A DNA stretch of 32,000 nt, taken from NCBI RefSeq assembly GCF_051097895.1, contig NZ_CP142525.1:1620001-1652000 (forward strand), given 5' to 3'. This document shows positions 19,681 through 27,748 of the stretch, piece by piece; position 1 is the stretch's first letter; the number at the start of each line of letters is the position of its first letter. The position numbers and the translations under genes are program-made. The notes beneath the pieces were generated by a model. The model was not told the origin of the DNA. It searched no databases and saw nothing but the letters and a program-made list of their open reading frames with translations. Source of the stretch: Psychrobacter sp. HD31 (GTDB taxonomy: Bacteria; Pseudomonadota; Gammaproteobacteria; Pseudomonadales; Moraxellaceae).

Positions 19681-19872
19681 TTAACGGTTTTTTGACTGGC
19701 TAAGCATTTGTTCAACCTTTTTTAGTTGTTGCAAGGTTCTGTACATCACAATGGCAAAGGCATCAGCGTTGAGTAGTAAGTCTTCTTTATTGTTGCTGGT
19801 TAAGCCGACTATTAGCTCAATGGGGGCGGTTGCTTCTTTTAGGGTGTCTAACTCGCGTGCTAAATTACTCAT
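19681..19872 (-). CDS. hypothetical small helical protein (63 aa), coupled to the antirepressor-like gene
   Basis: ATG lies 1 nt after the upstream stop and a terminator follows. No family recognised. Confidence 0.5.
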   Translation of the reverse strand: MSNLARELDTLKEATAPIELIVGLTSNNKEDLLLNADAFAIVMYRTLQQLKKVEQMLSQSKNR

Positions 19873-19873
19873 A

Positions 19874-20518
19874 TCACACCGCCTTATTTTCTAGGGCTTG
19901 GGCATGCACAAGTGCCAAGGCAAGTTGTTTTGGTTGTGGGTTGTTTGCTACGTTAAAGCCTAATTTTTTCATGGTGCGGATATAGGCGGTTACGGTACTG
20001 CTAGAGCGGTTAATCAACTTACCAATCTCTGTACTGGTTAGTTGCAGTTGTTTGTAGCGGATAATGTCCGCCCATTGGGGGCGTGATTTTAACAGCTCTT
20101 GTTGTAGTGCCTCGTTTTGCTGGGTTAGTTTTAGCACTTGGATAATAGGCTGGGTTTGTTGTTTTTCGCAAGCGATAAAGTAACGGCGTGCTTGCCTGCC
20201 TTTGTCGTTACGTTCTACCATGGACAGTTCTTTTGCCATGTCTAGGGATAGGTGGTATTCAGTCTTAGGACGACCGCCAAATAAGCCTTTAGAGGTTTTC
20301 CCCAAAATTGGGGAAAACTCGACACCCTCAATAAAATCGTAGTCGGCGATACGTTGCTTAATCCAAGTTGCAAAGTCTTTGCCCACGCCTAAAAACTCAT
20401 GTAAATCACGAGCATTGACTAATGGCTGGGGTTGGTTGTTAAGCGTACCTGTAAAGGTAGGGATAAGTTGGGTTGCCTGTGATGGGCGGATGTGTTGCAT
20501 TACGGTTGATTGTGACAT
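19874..20518 (-). CDS. AntA/AntB-type phage antirepressor-like protein with C-terminal HTH
   Basis: NARDLHEFLGVGKDFATWIKQRI...GGRPKTEYHLSLDMAKELSMVERNDKGRQARRYFI matches the AntA N-terminal domain pattern. C-terminal LTSTEIGKLINRSSSTVTAYIRTMKKLGF looks like an HTH. AAGGAG RBS. Confidence 0.8.
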   Translation of the reverse strand: MSQSTVMQHIRPSQATQLIPTFTGTLNNQPQPLVNARDLHEFLGVGKDFATWIKQRIADYDFIEGVEFSPILGKTSKGLFGGRPKTEYHLSLDMAKELSMVERNDKGRQARRYFIACEKQQTQPIIQVLKLTQQNEALQQELLKSRPQWADIIRYKQLQLTSTEIGKLINRSSSTVTAYIRTMKKLGFNVANNPQPKQLALALVHAQALENKAV

Positions 20519-20520
20519 GA

Positions 20521-20648
20521 GTATGTCTCCTTTGTTTACTTTCTAAGGTAAAACCCATAAATGATGGGTGTCGGGAGGTTAGAAAACTGACAAAGGACAG
20601 CCGAAGTTATTTCCCCATATGGGGTCTTGTATTCCTTGCCCTCCCGAC
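20521..20648 (-). promoter_or_regulatory. structured 5' leader RNA of the antirepressor-like gene
   Basis: 9-bp long-range stem (20570..20578 with 20640..20648) encloses a CCCCATATGGGG hairpin (20613..20624). A second hairpin, ACCCAT/ATGGGT (20553..20569), is followed by UUU, then AAGGAG and the ATG. Confidence 0.5.
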
Positions 20649-20654
20649 GCAAAT

Positions 20655-20663
20655 ATTGTACCA
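20655..20663 (-). promoter_or_regulatory. extended -10 promoter candidate (TGgTACAAT)
   Basis: TGGTACAAT read on the minus strand. The predicted +1 (about 20648) coincides with the first base of the leader's outer stem. Confidence 0.4.
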
Positions 20664-20800
20664 AAATACAAGCCATACCGCACGGTTAAGTACGTTAAAA
20701 GCCAAATTTTGGGCACAAAAATACCGCTAAATCTATCGGGAGCGGATATCCGCCTTTGTAGTCAGGTTTCTACGCCTGTGTAGCATTTGCTACGTTTCCC

Positions 20801-20828
20801 ATTTTAAGTGAACATGGCAAAAAGTCAA
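20801..20828 (-). promoter_or_regulatory. sigma70-type promoter candidate TTGACT-N16-TAAAAT
   Basis: Read on the minus strand, directly after the upstream terminator. A 12-bp dyad AACGCATGCGTT (20838..20849) lies just upstream. Confidence 0.45.
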
Positions 20829-20871
20829 GGATTTTTGAACGCATGCGTTATTTTATGGTTGGTGGGGTAAT

Positions 20872-20900
20872 AAAAAAGCCCCTAACATAAGGTTAGGGGC
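20872..20900 (-). terminator. intrinsic terminator ending the two-gene moron
   Basis: GCCCCTAAC / GTTAGGGGC 9-bp stem, 5-nt loop and U6 on the minus strand. Lies 7 nt after the stop at 20908. Confidence 0.8.
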
Positions 20901-20907
20901 TTTGGGG

Positions 20908-21585
20908 TTAAGGGGTTTGTTGTGAGGTTGGCTCAACGTGCATAAGGGATTTTGCCCAAAGTTTGATAATATCCTCTCTGCTGTAGTCTTCTGGTAGTAT
21001 TGAATCCAAACATTCAAGCATATCTTCTTCGGTATGTATCAATAAATTTTCTCCTATTCTTATACCTGCAGACTGATAAAAGATAGCATTAAGTGAATAC
21101 AATTTTGAAGCGTTGGTATCACCTGCTGTGTAAGCTATTTCACTCATCAGCCAGTACGCTTTTTCTACTTCTACAAAATCACGATTTGTGAATTCTTTAA
21201 CCTCAAACCGTGTTTTTTTCTCTTTTAATATTTTATGTATAAATTTGCTACACTCAGCCAATGCCTCGTCATAACGTTCTGCATACATATAGTATTTTGG
21301 AAGTCTTAACCATTTTTGTATTGTGTAGCTAGTGCCAGTTTGGCTCATCAACTCTTGTACTCGGATAAGACAATTAATGGCTTCGTCCCATTCCTTATTT
21401 TTCTTATGCTGGGTTGCTTGTTTGCCCAAACTGCTTATTAACTCTTCAGCAGGGTCGTCATTAACAAAGAAACCTGCACTTAGCCCTGACTCGGTTAGCT
21501 CGTCAGATAGTTTAATTTCTTCAACAATCTTCATATTGCTTTTGGGCTGGTCTTTTTTACCAAATAACCCTTTTAAAAATGTCAT
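20908..21585 (-). CDS. hypothetical cytoplasmic protein with helical-repeat (TPR-like) motifs; moron gene 2
   Basis: AAGGTGG RBS before ATG 21585. EWDEAINCLIRVQEL and RYDEALAECSKFI repeat-like helices. No TM segment. No family recognised. Confidence 0.6.
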   Translation of the reverse strand: MTFLKGLFGKKDQPKSNMKIVEEIKLSDELTESGLSAGFFVNDDPAEELISSLGKQATQHKKNKEWDEAINCLIRVQELMSQTGTSYTIQKWLRLPKYYMYAERYDEALAECSKFIHKILKEKKTRFEVKEFTNRDFVEVEKAYWLMSEIAYTAGDTNASKLYSLNAIFYQSAGIRIGENLLIHTEEDMLECLDSILPEDYSREDIIKLWAKSLMHVEPTSQQTP

Positions 21586-21613
21586 CTTCACCACCTTTAA
21601 TTAAAGTGCCTTA

Positions 21614-22288
21614 TTATCTTTCAAAGATTTCAAATTCACTTGGTATGTCTTTGCCAAATAAACACATGCCAGTGTACTCAGTTTCTACACCAAATGCGTT
21701 GGTAACTTCAAAGTCTGTTTTAACCTGAAATCTTCCAGAATTTTTATTTACCATTGTTACAGTACCAGCAATCTCATGCAATGTGAGCTTAGCAGTTGAG
21801 TCAATTTCTGCCTTAATCAAGTCAAAACATTCTTGTGTTAGCTTAGCTTCATCATATTTAGTTTCACTATTTGCCACAGCAACTGCGTTTTCATCTTTTA
21901 ATTGCTGTTCTGTAAACTCAAACCTACCAGCGTCTTTACAATCTACAAAATAGCGTAAATTATCTATAGTTGAATCTTCGCTTAATTCAGAAGCCCAAAC
22001 CTCAGTACAATCATCATGCATAGCTGCTTTAGTAGCTGCTATCTTGCGGTGCTGTTCCACCTCATCTATCCTTGATCCATACTTAGCTAACAGTTTGGGG
22101 TAAGTTGCCTTATCGTAGGGAGCTAAAACAGCTTCATCAATTTTTTCTTCTACTTTTGCTAATTCTTCAGCTTTTTGTTTTTCTTCAAATGCTTTTTGTT
22201 CTTCAGGTGTTAAATCTGGTGCAAATATAACTGATATAACAATAAGCGCAATAAAACCAAAAAATAGCCATTTTAGAACTTTTTTCAT
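21614..22288 (-). CDS. hypothetical exported or membrane-anchored protein with four Cys; moron gene 1
   Basis: GAGGA RBS. MKKVLKWLFFGFIALIVISVIFA signal/anchor without a lipobox Cys. Charged helical linker followed by a 4-Cys domain. No family recognised. Confidence 0.6.
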   Translation of the reverse strand: MKKVLKWLFFGFIALIVISVIFAPDLTPEEQKAFEEKQKAEELAKVEEKIDEAVLAPYDKATYPKLLAKYGSRIDEVEQHRKIAATKAAMHDDCTEVWASELSEDSTIDNLRYFVDCKDAGRFEFTEQQLKDENAVAVANSETKYDEAKLTQECFDLIKAEIDSTAKLTLHEIAGTVTMVNKNSGRFQVKTDFEVTNAFGVETEYTGMCLFGKDIPSEFEIFER

Positions 22289-22306
22289 ACTTCAATCCTC
22301 AATATT

Positions 22307-22351
22307 GTATGATTAAACTTTAATCATACTCGCAATAATAAACCGTTGCAA
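22307..22351 (-). promoter_or_regulatory. moron promoter TTGCAA-N17-TATGAT overlapped by a perfect 23-bp palindrome (putative operator)
   Basis: -35 at 22346..22351 and -10 at 22323..22328 (minus strand). The palindrome GTATGATTAAA-c-TTTAATCATAC at 22307..22329 covers the -10 and +1 positions. Confidence 0.5.
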
Positions 22352-22355
22352 CGGC

Positions 22356-25300
22356 TTAAGCATGTGCCAACATGCCGCCTGGTCTTGTTTCGTTTTGCAG
22401 GGTTTGCAGCACTACTGCTTTTAGCGAGTCGGCAAGTTGTTTGCTATCTTGGGTAGTGGTTTGCACATCACTACTTGCACCCTCATTATTAACCCTAATA
22501 TCAATCTGCACTTGATTTACCACCCCAGCAGATTGACTGGCTTGTTTGTTACCATATACCTGCACGCCTAATTTTCCATTTGCCCCACGTGTCAGCGGCA
22601 TTACGGCTTCTGGACCAGCTTCACCTAAAACACCCAAACCGCCTGCATGACCAAATGCTGTTGGACGGTCAAATACACCACCATTGGCATAAAACTGCAC
22701 GCCATTAGTCCAACCACCGCCTTTGGATTGAAATACTGTTTGCATGGCAGCGCCAACGTTACCGCCAATTGCTCCGCCTATGGCACTCATGGCTTTAAAT
22801 AAAGCCCATTTAAACATCATCTTGCTAATATCTTGTAGAATTGATACCGTCAAATCTCTAAAATTGCCTTTGCCTGTGGCAACAAAGTTTGCTAAGCCAT
22901 CACTCATTTTATTAAATGCTGACTTGGTGGCGTCTTCCATAGTCTGATTGAGTGTTTTTGCATTATCAATAAGGCTTTGCAGACCAGACTTAATACCGCC
23001 AACCCAGTCATTGGCTTGTAGGGCTTCTTGCTGTTTACGCAATGCTGCCAACTCTTCACGCTGGGCGATAAGTGCCTGCAATGCTTCATCAGATAAATCA
23101 ATGCCTGCCTGTTCTGCTTGATTAAGTAGATTGCGCTCAAAGCGTAGGCGTTGTATTTCATCAGCGGTTTTGCCGATCAATGAGGTTTCAAAGGCATAAT
23201 CAGCTAATGAGGTTTGTTGTTGTGTTTCAAAATTGCTGATTTTTTCATCGGCGGTTAATTGTGCTTTTAGGCGAATAAGCTCACGGTAGCTATCTAGCAC
23301 GCTGTCTTTAATGCCTTTGTATACGCCAGCTTTGCGGTCATAATCAAAACTAGCAAGTGGGCTATCATTACCAAACAAAGCAATCTCTTTGTTAAGGCTT
23401 GACATACCATCCATTACTGATTTTGCAAGTTGTAGTGCCGTTTGGTATGCCTCAGACTTTTTGTTATTTAAACCAATAATTAACCCAGTGCCAACATCAA
23501 GACCAATTGCAATGGTTTTTTTGGCGGGTGAATGACGGTCAAAACCAATATTTAATGCGCTCAATACTGTGTTTGCCATATCTGTTGCAATGTTTTTAAC
23601 TGCTGCAAATTTTGCTTTAATCCCGTTGATAAGACCCTGCACAACATCCTTGCCTATATTAAATAGCTTGGCACCCAGCGTTGCAAAAACCTTAGCGATA
23701 TTGATAACACCCCTGCCAACAATCGCCACTGCATTTTTTAAGCCAGCACCTATGATAGAAACAAAACCTTTTATATCACCACTTGCCAATGCTTTAATGG
23801 CGTTAAAGGTTGTTTTAAAACCGTTTTTAATTAGCTTAAATGTTGTATTAAACACGGTTGCAATAATGGACAAGCCTGCAGTAAATGTGGCTTTAATTAC
23901 TGCAAAATTGGTGCTTACAATGGCTTTAATGGCACCAAACGTTGTTGTGAATATGCTCTTAATAATTGCCCAACGGGCAGTAAACAGGGCTGATACAACT
24001 GTCATTGTTGTTTTTACATAGGGTGCTAAAAAGTCAAATGCGGTGGTTGCCCATTGTTTAAGGGTGCTAAACGTTTGTTTGATGTTGCCAAAAGCTTCCT
24101 GCACTGGGGCAGGTAAACTACTAAATACATCGGTTGCTTTGGCTTTGATAGTGTCCCAATTGCGGTATAAAAGCACGCCAACCGCTACTAAACCGCCAAT
24201 AGCAGCCAGTGTTAGAGTAACAGGGCTAGTTACCAATGCTACCGCCGCACCAAACCCTGCAGTAACCGCTGTTGCTAATGTGCCTACGGCAGACCAAGCA
24301 GCAACGCCTGCTGTAAACAACCCAAATGCACCTGCAGCTGCTGCAACGCCACTAGCTAAAGGTATTATTATGTCTTGATGTGCTATAAAAAACTCAGTCA
24401 CATTACCCATTGTTTCTGCAGAAGCAGCAGCAAAACTTTGCAGGTGGTTAAAAGCATTAGCAACCTCATCTATAACACTTTTAATTTTTTGGGCGTTAGC
24501 AGGTTCTTGTAGTGCTGATGTCATGCTAGCAAGCCCATCTGCTACGTTAACAACAATATCCTGAATAACCTCGCCAACACCCCCTCGTACAATGGCAAGC
24601 TTAAAGCTGTTCCAGTTATCACCTAAGTTACTAATTGCACCGTCTAAGGTTTTAGCTCGGTTTGCCATTGCTTCGCCAAACTTAGTTTCGCCAATGGATA
24701 GTAGGTACTGTTTAATATCTTGTGCTTTTTTAGCAACGGTTGTAGTTACGCCCTGAAATGTTAATGAGACTTTATCCCCTTGCTGTGAAGCTTTAATACC
24801 AAACTCTTTTAGACGTTCAAACTCAAATGTTGACGCATCCGCAACCGCCTCAATCATTTGGTTTAAGTCTTTACCCATGGCCGCTGCAAAGTTACCGTAA
24901 CTACGCATACTGCGCATACTAGGGTCTAAGCCTAAGTTTTTTAACTGGGTAAAGCCCATGACTGATTGTTCTAGGGCATAGGGAGTGGTAGAAGCAAACT
25001 TTGTTAAATCATTAAATGCAACAGCAGCTTGGTCTATGCCCCCTGTTGCTGTAATAAGCTGGGAGTTAAGCACATCAAATTGGCGTTGGGTGTCTACCAA
25101 TGAGCCAAGACTTAATGCAGATGTAAGTGTGGCAAATGCCCCACCAAATACGGCTAGTTTGCCTGCAGCTTCACCAATATTACGCCCAAAGTTTATAGAA
25201 CGCCTCGCGGTTTGTTCTAATGAGGTTTTAAACCCTTTTAGGCGTTTATTTGCCCAATCAGAACGCCCACCAAAGTTTTGTATTCGGGTGGTGGTTTGCT

Positions 25301-25463
25301 TGGCACGCTGTTTTAACCTATCAAAGGTTTTGCTAACACCAGCTCCTGCTTTACTTGATGTTTTTTCTACCTTGTCTAGTGCTGCCTCTACCTTGTCTAA
25401 TGTTTTTGTTAGTGCTGTGCCGTCGGCTGTAAGCACTAGCCCAAACTTTAAATTTTTGCTCAT
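22356..25463 (-). CDS. tail tape measure protein
   Basis: About 1035 aa. Alpha-helical, with a long Ala/Gly/Val-rich hydrophobic centre and F--TF-AIK periodic repeats. Lies downstream of G/GT. ATG 25463 preferred over TTG 25475. Confidence 0.9.
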   Translation of the reverse strand: MSKNLKFGLVLTADGTALTKTLDKVEAALDKVEKTSSKAGAGVSKTFDRLKQRAKQTTTRIQNFGGRSDWANKRLKGFKTSLEQTARRSINFGRNIGEAAGKLAVFGGAFATLTSALSLGSLVDTQRQFDVLNSQLITATGGIDQAAVAFNDLTKFASTTPYALEQSVMGFTQLKNLGLDPSMRSMRSYGNFAAAMGKDLNQMIEAVADASTFEFERLKEFGIKASQQGDKVSLTFQGVTTTVAKKAQDIKQYLLSIGETKFGEAMANRAKTLDGAISNLGDNWNSFKLAIVRGGVGEVIQDIVVNVADGLASMTSALQEPANAQKIKSVIDEVANAFNHLQSFAAASAETMGNVTEFFIAHQDIIIPLASGVAAAAGAFGLFTAGVAAWSAVGTLATAVTAGFGAAVALVTSPVTLTLAAIGGLVAVGVLLYRNWDTIKAKATDVFSSLPAPVQEAFGNIKQTFSTLKQWATTAFDFLAPYVKTTMTVVSALFTARWAIIKSIFTTTFGAIKAIVSTNFAVIKATFTAGLSIIATVFNTTFKLIKNGFKTTFNAIKALASGDIKGFVSIIGAGLKNAVAIVGRGVINIAKVFATLGAKLFNIGKDVVQGLINGIKAKFAAVKNIATDMANTVLSALNIGFDRHSPAKKTIAIGLDVGTGLIIGLNNKKSEAYQTALQLAKSVMDGMSSLNKEIALFGNDSPLASFDYDRKAGVYKGIKDSVLDSYRELIRLKAQLTADEKISNFETQQQTSLADYAFETSLIGKTADEIQRLRFERNLLNQAEQAGIDLSDEALQALIAQREELAALRKQQEALQANDWVGGIKSGLQSLIDNAKTLNQTMEDATKSAFNKMSDGLANFVATGKGNFRDLTVSILQDISKMMFKWALFKAMSAIGGAIGGNVGAAMQTVFQSKGGGWTNGVQFYANGGVFDRPTAFGHAGGLGVLGEAGPEAVMPLTRGANGKLGVQVYGNKQASQSAGVVNQVQIDIRVNNEGASSDVQTTTQDSKQLADSLKAVVLQTLQNETRPGGMLAHA

Positions 25464-25486
25464 TATCAACACCAAATTTTAAATAT

Positions 25487-25520
25487 AAAAAAAGCCCAGC
25501 GTTTAAGATAAACGCTAGGC
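25487..25520 (-). terminator. canonical intrinsic terminator 24 nt upstream of the tape measure start codon
   Basis: 12-bp stem (GCCTAGCGTTTA / TAAACGCTGGGC, one G-U pair on the minus strand), 3-nt loop, U7. Confidence 0.7.
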
Positions 25521-25527
25521 TTAAGGG

Positions 25528-25549
25528 GCTGTTATTAAAGTCGTTTACT
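25528..25549 (-). promoter_or_regulatory. conserved late-operon motif, copy A (AGTAAACGACTTTAATAACAGC on the minus strand)
   Basis: 22/22 identical to 31674..31695. Overlaps the GT stop codon. Confidence 0.6.
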
Positions 25550-26287
25550 ATTTAGTGGCTTGGTCTATAAACTCATTAACCGTCGCCATGTATGCGTCTA
25601 ATGCGATGCGGAAGTCGTTAAAAACGTTAGGAGTGGTACAAACCCCTGCACGGTTGAATAATATATCTACTGCGTTCCAATCCACTCCCATTAGCCGACC
25701 AGTCAGTTGGTTGCGGTTAAAAACAGCATAAGCAAATAGGGGTAAAATGGGTTCAAACTCACGCCAAACTGTTAAAATATTAAATTGATACTCTGTTTGC
25801 TCAATTTCCTTTTCTACACCAAACTCAGCAAATGCATCTGCGGTTGACTGTTGTTCGGCTAGATATGCATTGTATGCTTGCTCTTCACAAGCAATATGCC
25901 TACCTAGCTCAATTAGTTTTTTTGCTTAATCTTATTGCCTTCAATGCTATCAAAATAGCCGTCCATGACAGCGGTACGAAATTCTGTAATACCAAGCAAA
26001 GCTTGCTTGTTACCTTCATTGACTTCTAAGTCATTGCCTTCTTCATCTTTAACTTGCCCATCTGCCCAACCTGCAAAGACTTTGTTAAAAAAGTTGTTTT
26101 CGGCATCTTGTCTACTATCCGCATCATTAACTGCATCATTAATTTGATTCTGCAAATCAACGCGTTCATCATGTGGTAAACGGTTATAAGTAACTTTTAC
26201 AGGCAACTTTTTATAGCTGCCATTAAATGGCATTTTTACCGTAATAGCCCAATGATAAGTATCTGTTGCATCACTAAGTTTAAACAT
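25548..26287 (-). CDS. tail assembly chaperone, -1 frameshift fusion product (lambda gpGT analogue)
   Basis: In-frame A_AAA_AAC at 25922..25916. The -1 frame then stays open for about 120 codons (KKLIELGRHIACEEQ...NEFIDQATK) to TAG 25550..25548. It has no Met, so it is absent from the ORF track. Confidence 0.75.
25913..26287 (-). CDS. tail assembly chaperone (lambda gpG analogue)
   Basis: 124 aa, acidic. Lies between the major tail and tape measure genes. Ends with the slippery heptamer directly before its stop. Confidence 0.8.
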   Translation of the reverse strand: MFKLSDATDTYHWAITVKMPFNGSYKKLPVKVTYNRLPHDERVDLQNQINDAVNDADSRQDAENNFFNKVFAGWADGQVKDEEGNDLEVNEGNKQALLGITEFRTAVMDGYFDSIEGNKIKQKN

Positions 26288-26318
26288 AGTTTAAATTCCT
26301 ATTTTAAGTGGTTTTAAA

Positions 26319-26344
26319 AAGCGGTTAAAAAAAGTCAACCGCTT
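26319..26344. terminator. hairpin after the major tail gene (possible partial terminator or mRNA stabiliser)
   Basis: AAGCGGTT / AACCGCTT 8-bp stem with U-rich flanks on both strands. Confidence 0.4.
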
Positions 26345-26368
26345 TGGTTTTGTTTTTAACTACAATTG

Positions 26369-27295
26369 TTAGCTAAAAGTAATGGTATAAGGTGGTGCAT
26401 CGGCAGCTTGCATTGCACTGCATTCAATCTCGTACCCCAATGCACCATCAATATCTGTGGCTTTTGGTATATCTAACGCCACAGCAGGGTAAGCCAGCTT
26501 AATTTTTTGCCCTGCCGTTGTGCCGTGTTCTAGCACCAGTGGCATTTCTTCACCATCCCACGATTTTTGGTACAGGTTAATCTCACTAAGTGCAGGCGCA
26601 CCAACGCTGATCGCTAAAACAGGCTTGCGGTCACTAATTCGGGTGGATTGATGGTTTACCAGGTCTGATGATTTAACTTCATTGCCCGTTGTATGGCTAA
26701 ATGTCTTCATCGCATAATCTTTAGCGCCTAGCTTAAACACGGGCGTATTAGCAAAGTTAATAGCTTTTGGTGTTTTGTAGCCTTCGACTAATGTATTTAA
26801 ACCTGTTGGTTTTTCAATTGGTACCGTGCCGCCCACAATACTGATTTCAAATTCCCAATAACCTAACTCACCACTATTGGCAGACAGTTTGATTTCTGCC
26901 TGTGCTTGTTTGCCAAGATGAAATTGACCGTCTAGCAAAAACGCTACCGTACCATGGTTAGATTCGGTGGTTTCTGGCGTATAAGTTACTTTGTCTGCTT
27001 CCACAGTTTCGCTGTGGCCAGCCATTAAAAACAACTCACGATACGCTGGTGCAGTACCAGCAGTACCGCTACTGGCAAATGCTATTTTGCCAGTGATTTT
27101 AACTTTGTCGGTGGTGCGGTGTTTTTTGTTTGCGCCCCATGTTTCGCCGTCTTTTTCTTGCTCTACGGTTTCGCCTTCAAAGCTGATTTCTACGTCTTTG
27201 GTTTCTACTGCAGACAATGCCGTAGGTGCTAAATCGCCCATGCCCCAAAGCAGTAGTTTCTTTTTAAATTTACGGGTTAATGCTATGTTTGGCAT
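26369..27295 (-). CDS. major tail (tube) protein
   Basis: 308 aa, immediately upstream of G/GT. Beta-rich. Assigned by synteny. Confidence 0.65.
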   Translation of the reverse strand: MPNIALTRKFKKKLLLWGMGDLAPTALSAVETKDVEISFEGETVEQEKDGETWGANKKHRTTDKVKITGKIAFASSGTAGTAPAYRELFLMAGHSETVEADKVTYTPETTESNHGTVAFLLDGQFHLGKQAQAEIKLSANSGELGYWEFEISIVGGTVPIEKPTGLNTLVEGYKTPKAINFANTPVFKLGAKDYAMKTFSHTTGNEVKSSDLVNHQSTRISDRKPVLAISVGAPALSEINLYQKSWDGEEMPLVLEHGTTAGQKIKLAYPAVALDIPKATDIDGALGYEIECSAMQAADAPPYTITFS

Positions 27296-27297
27296 AG

Positions 27298-27747
27298 TTA
27301 GTCCTCTTGTTGGTTAATTTTCTGTGTGTATGACAGTTCATATATATCTGCCCAAACGTGCAAGCTGTTTTTAAGGTCTACCAAACCGCCTGTCACAAAC
27401 TTTAGGGGGTCGGTAGTATTGCCTTGGTTATCTGTGCAAACATAACCGCTGATGGCTTTAAATACGGTATGTTGCATATCTTCTGCACGATCACCAACTG
27501 CACTGCCGTAGCTATCACTAAAATTACTGCAGATAGTGATTACCTGGTAACGCTCTGTTACTAATTGGTATATATCACTCGCTGATTTGGCGTTTGTATC
27601 TAGCTTAATTACGTAACAGCCGTTTGCCGTATTGCGGTTTTTAAGCACGTCATCTAATTGCCCGCTGTCTGCTACTTCTACAAACAGCTTGCCGTTTGTT
27701 TGGTCATAGTCATTAATGCGGGTTGCTATTTGCTTTCTTATTTGCAT
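27298..27747 (-). CDS. putative tail terminator / head-tail joining protein
   Basis: 149 aa, in the gpU position directly before the tube gene. Assigned by synteny only. Confidence 0.4.
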   Translation of the reverse strand: MQIRKQIATRINDYDQTNGKLFVEVADSGQLDDVLKNRNTANGCYVIKLDTNAKSASDIYQLVTERYQVITICSNFSDSYGSAVGDRAEDMQHTVFKAISGYVCTDNQGNTTDPLKFVTGGLVDLKNSLHVWADIYELSYTQKINQQED

Positions 27748-27748
27748 G

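Noticed and set aside
20742-22354. Perfect 12-bp palindromes (GCGGATATCCGC 20742..20753, AACGCATGCGTT 20838..20849, CCGTTGCAACGG 22343..22354) taken as operators in their own right.
   Set aside because: By a rough estimate, 12-bp palindromes are expected several times by chance in 32 kb of AT-rich DNA. They are mentioned only as context for the promoters. Only the 23-bp palindrome is treated as significant.
13436-25482. Long plus-strand ORFs inside J, gpK/L and the tape measure gene (for example 13436..13903, 18338..18790, 23569..24021, 24043..24378, 24985..25482).
   Set aside because: All lie antisense to well-supported phage genes and have low-complexity composition. They have no RBS and no recognisable domain. 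They are typical shadow ORFs.
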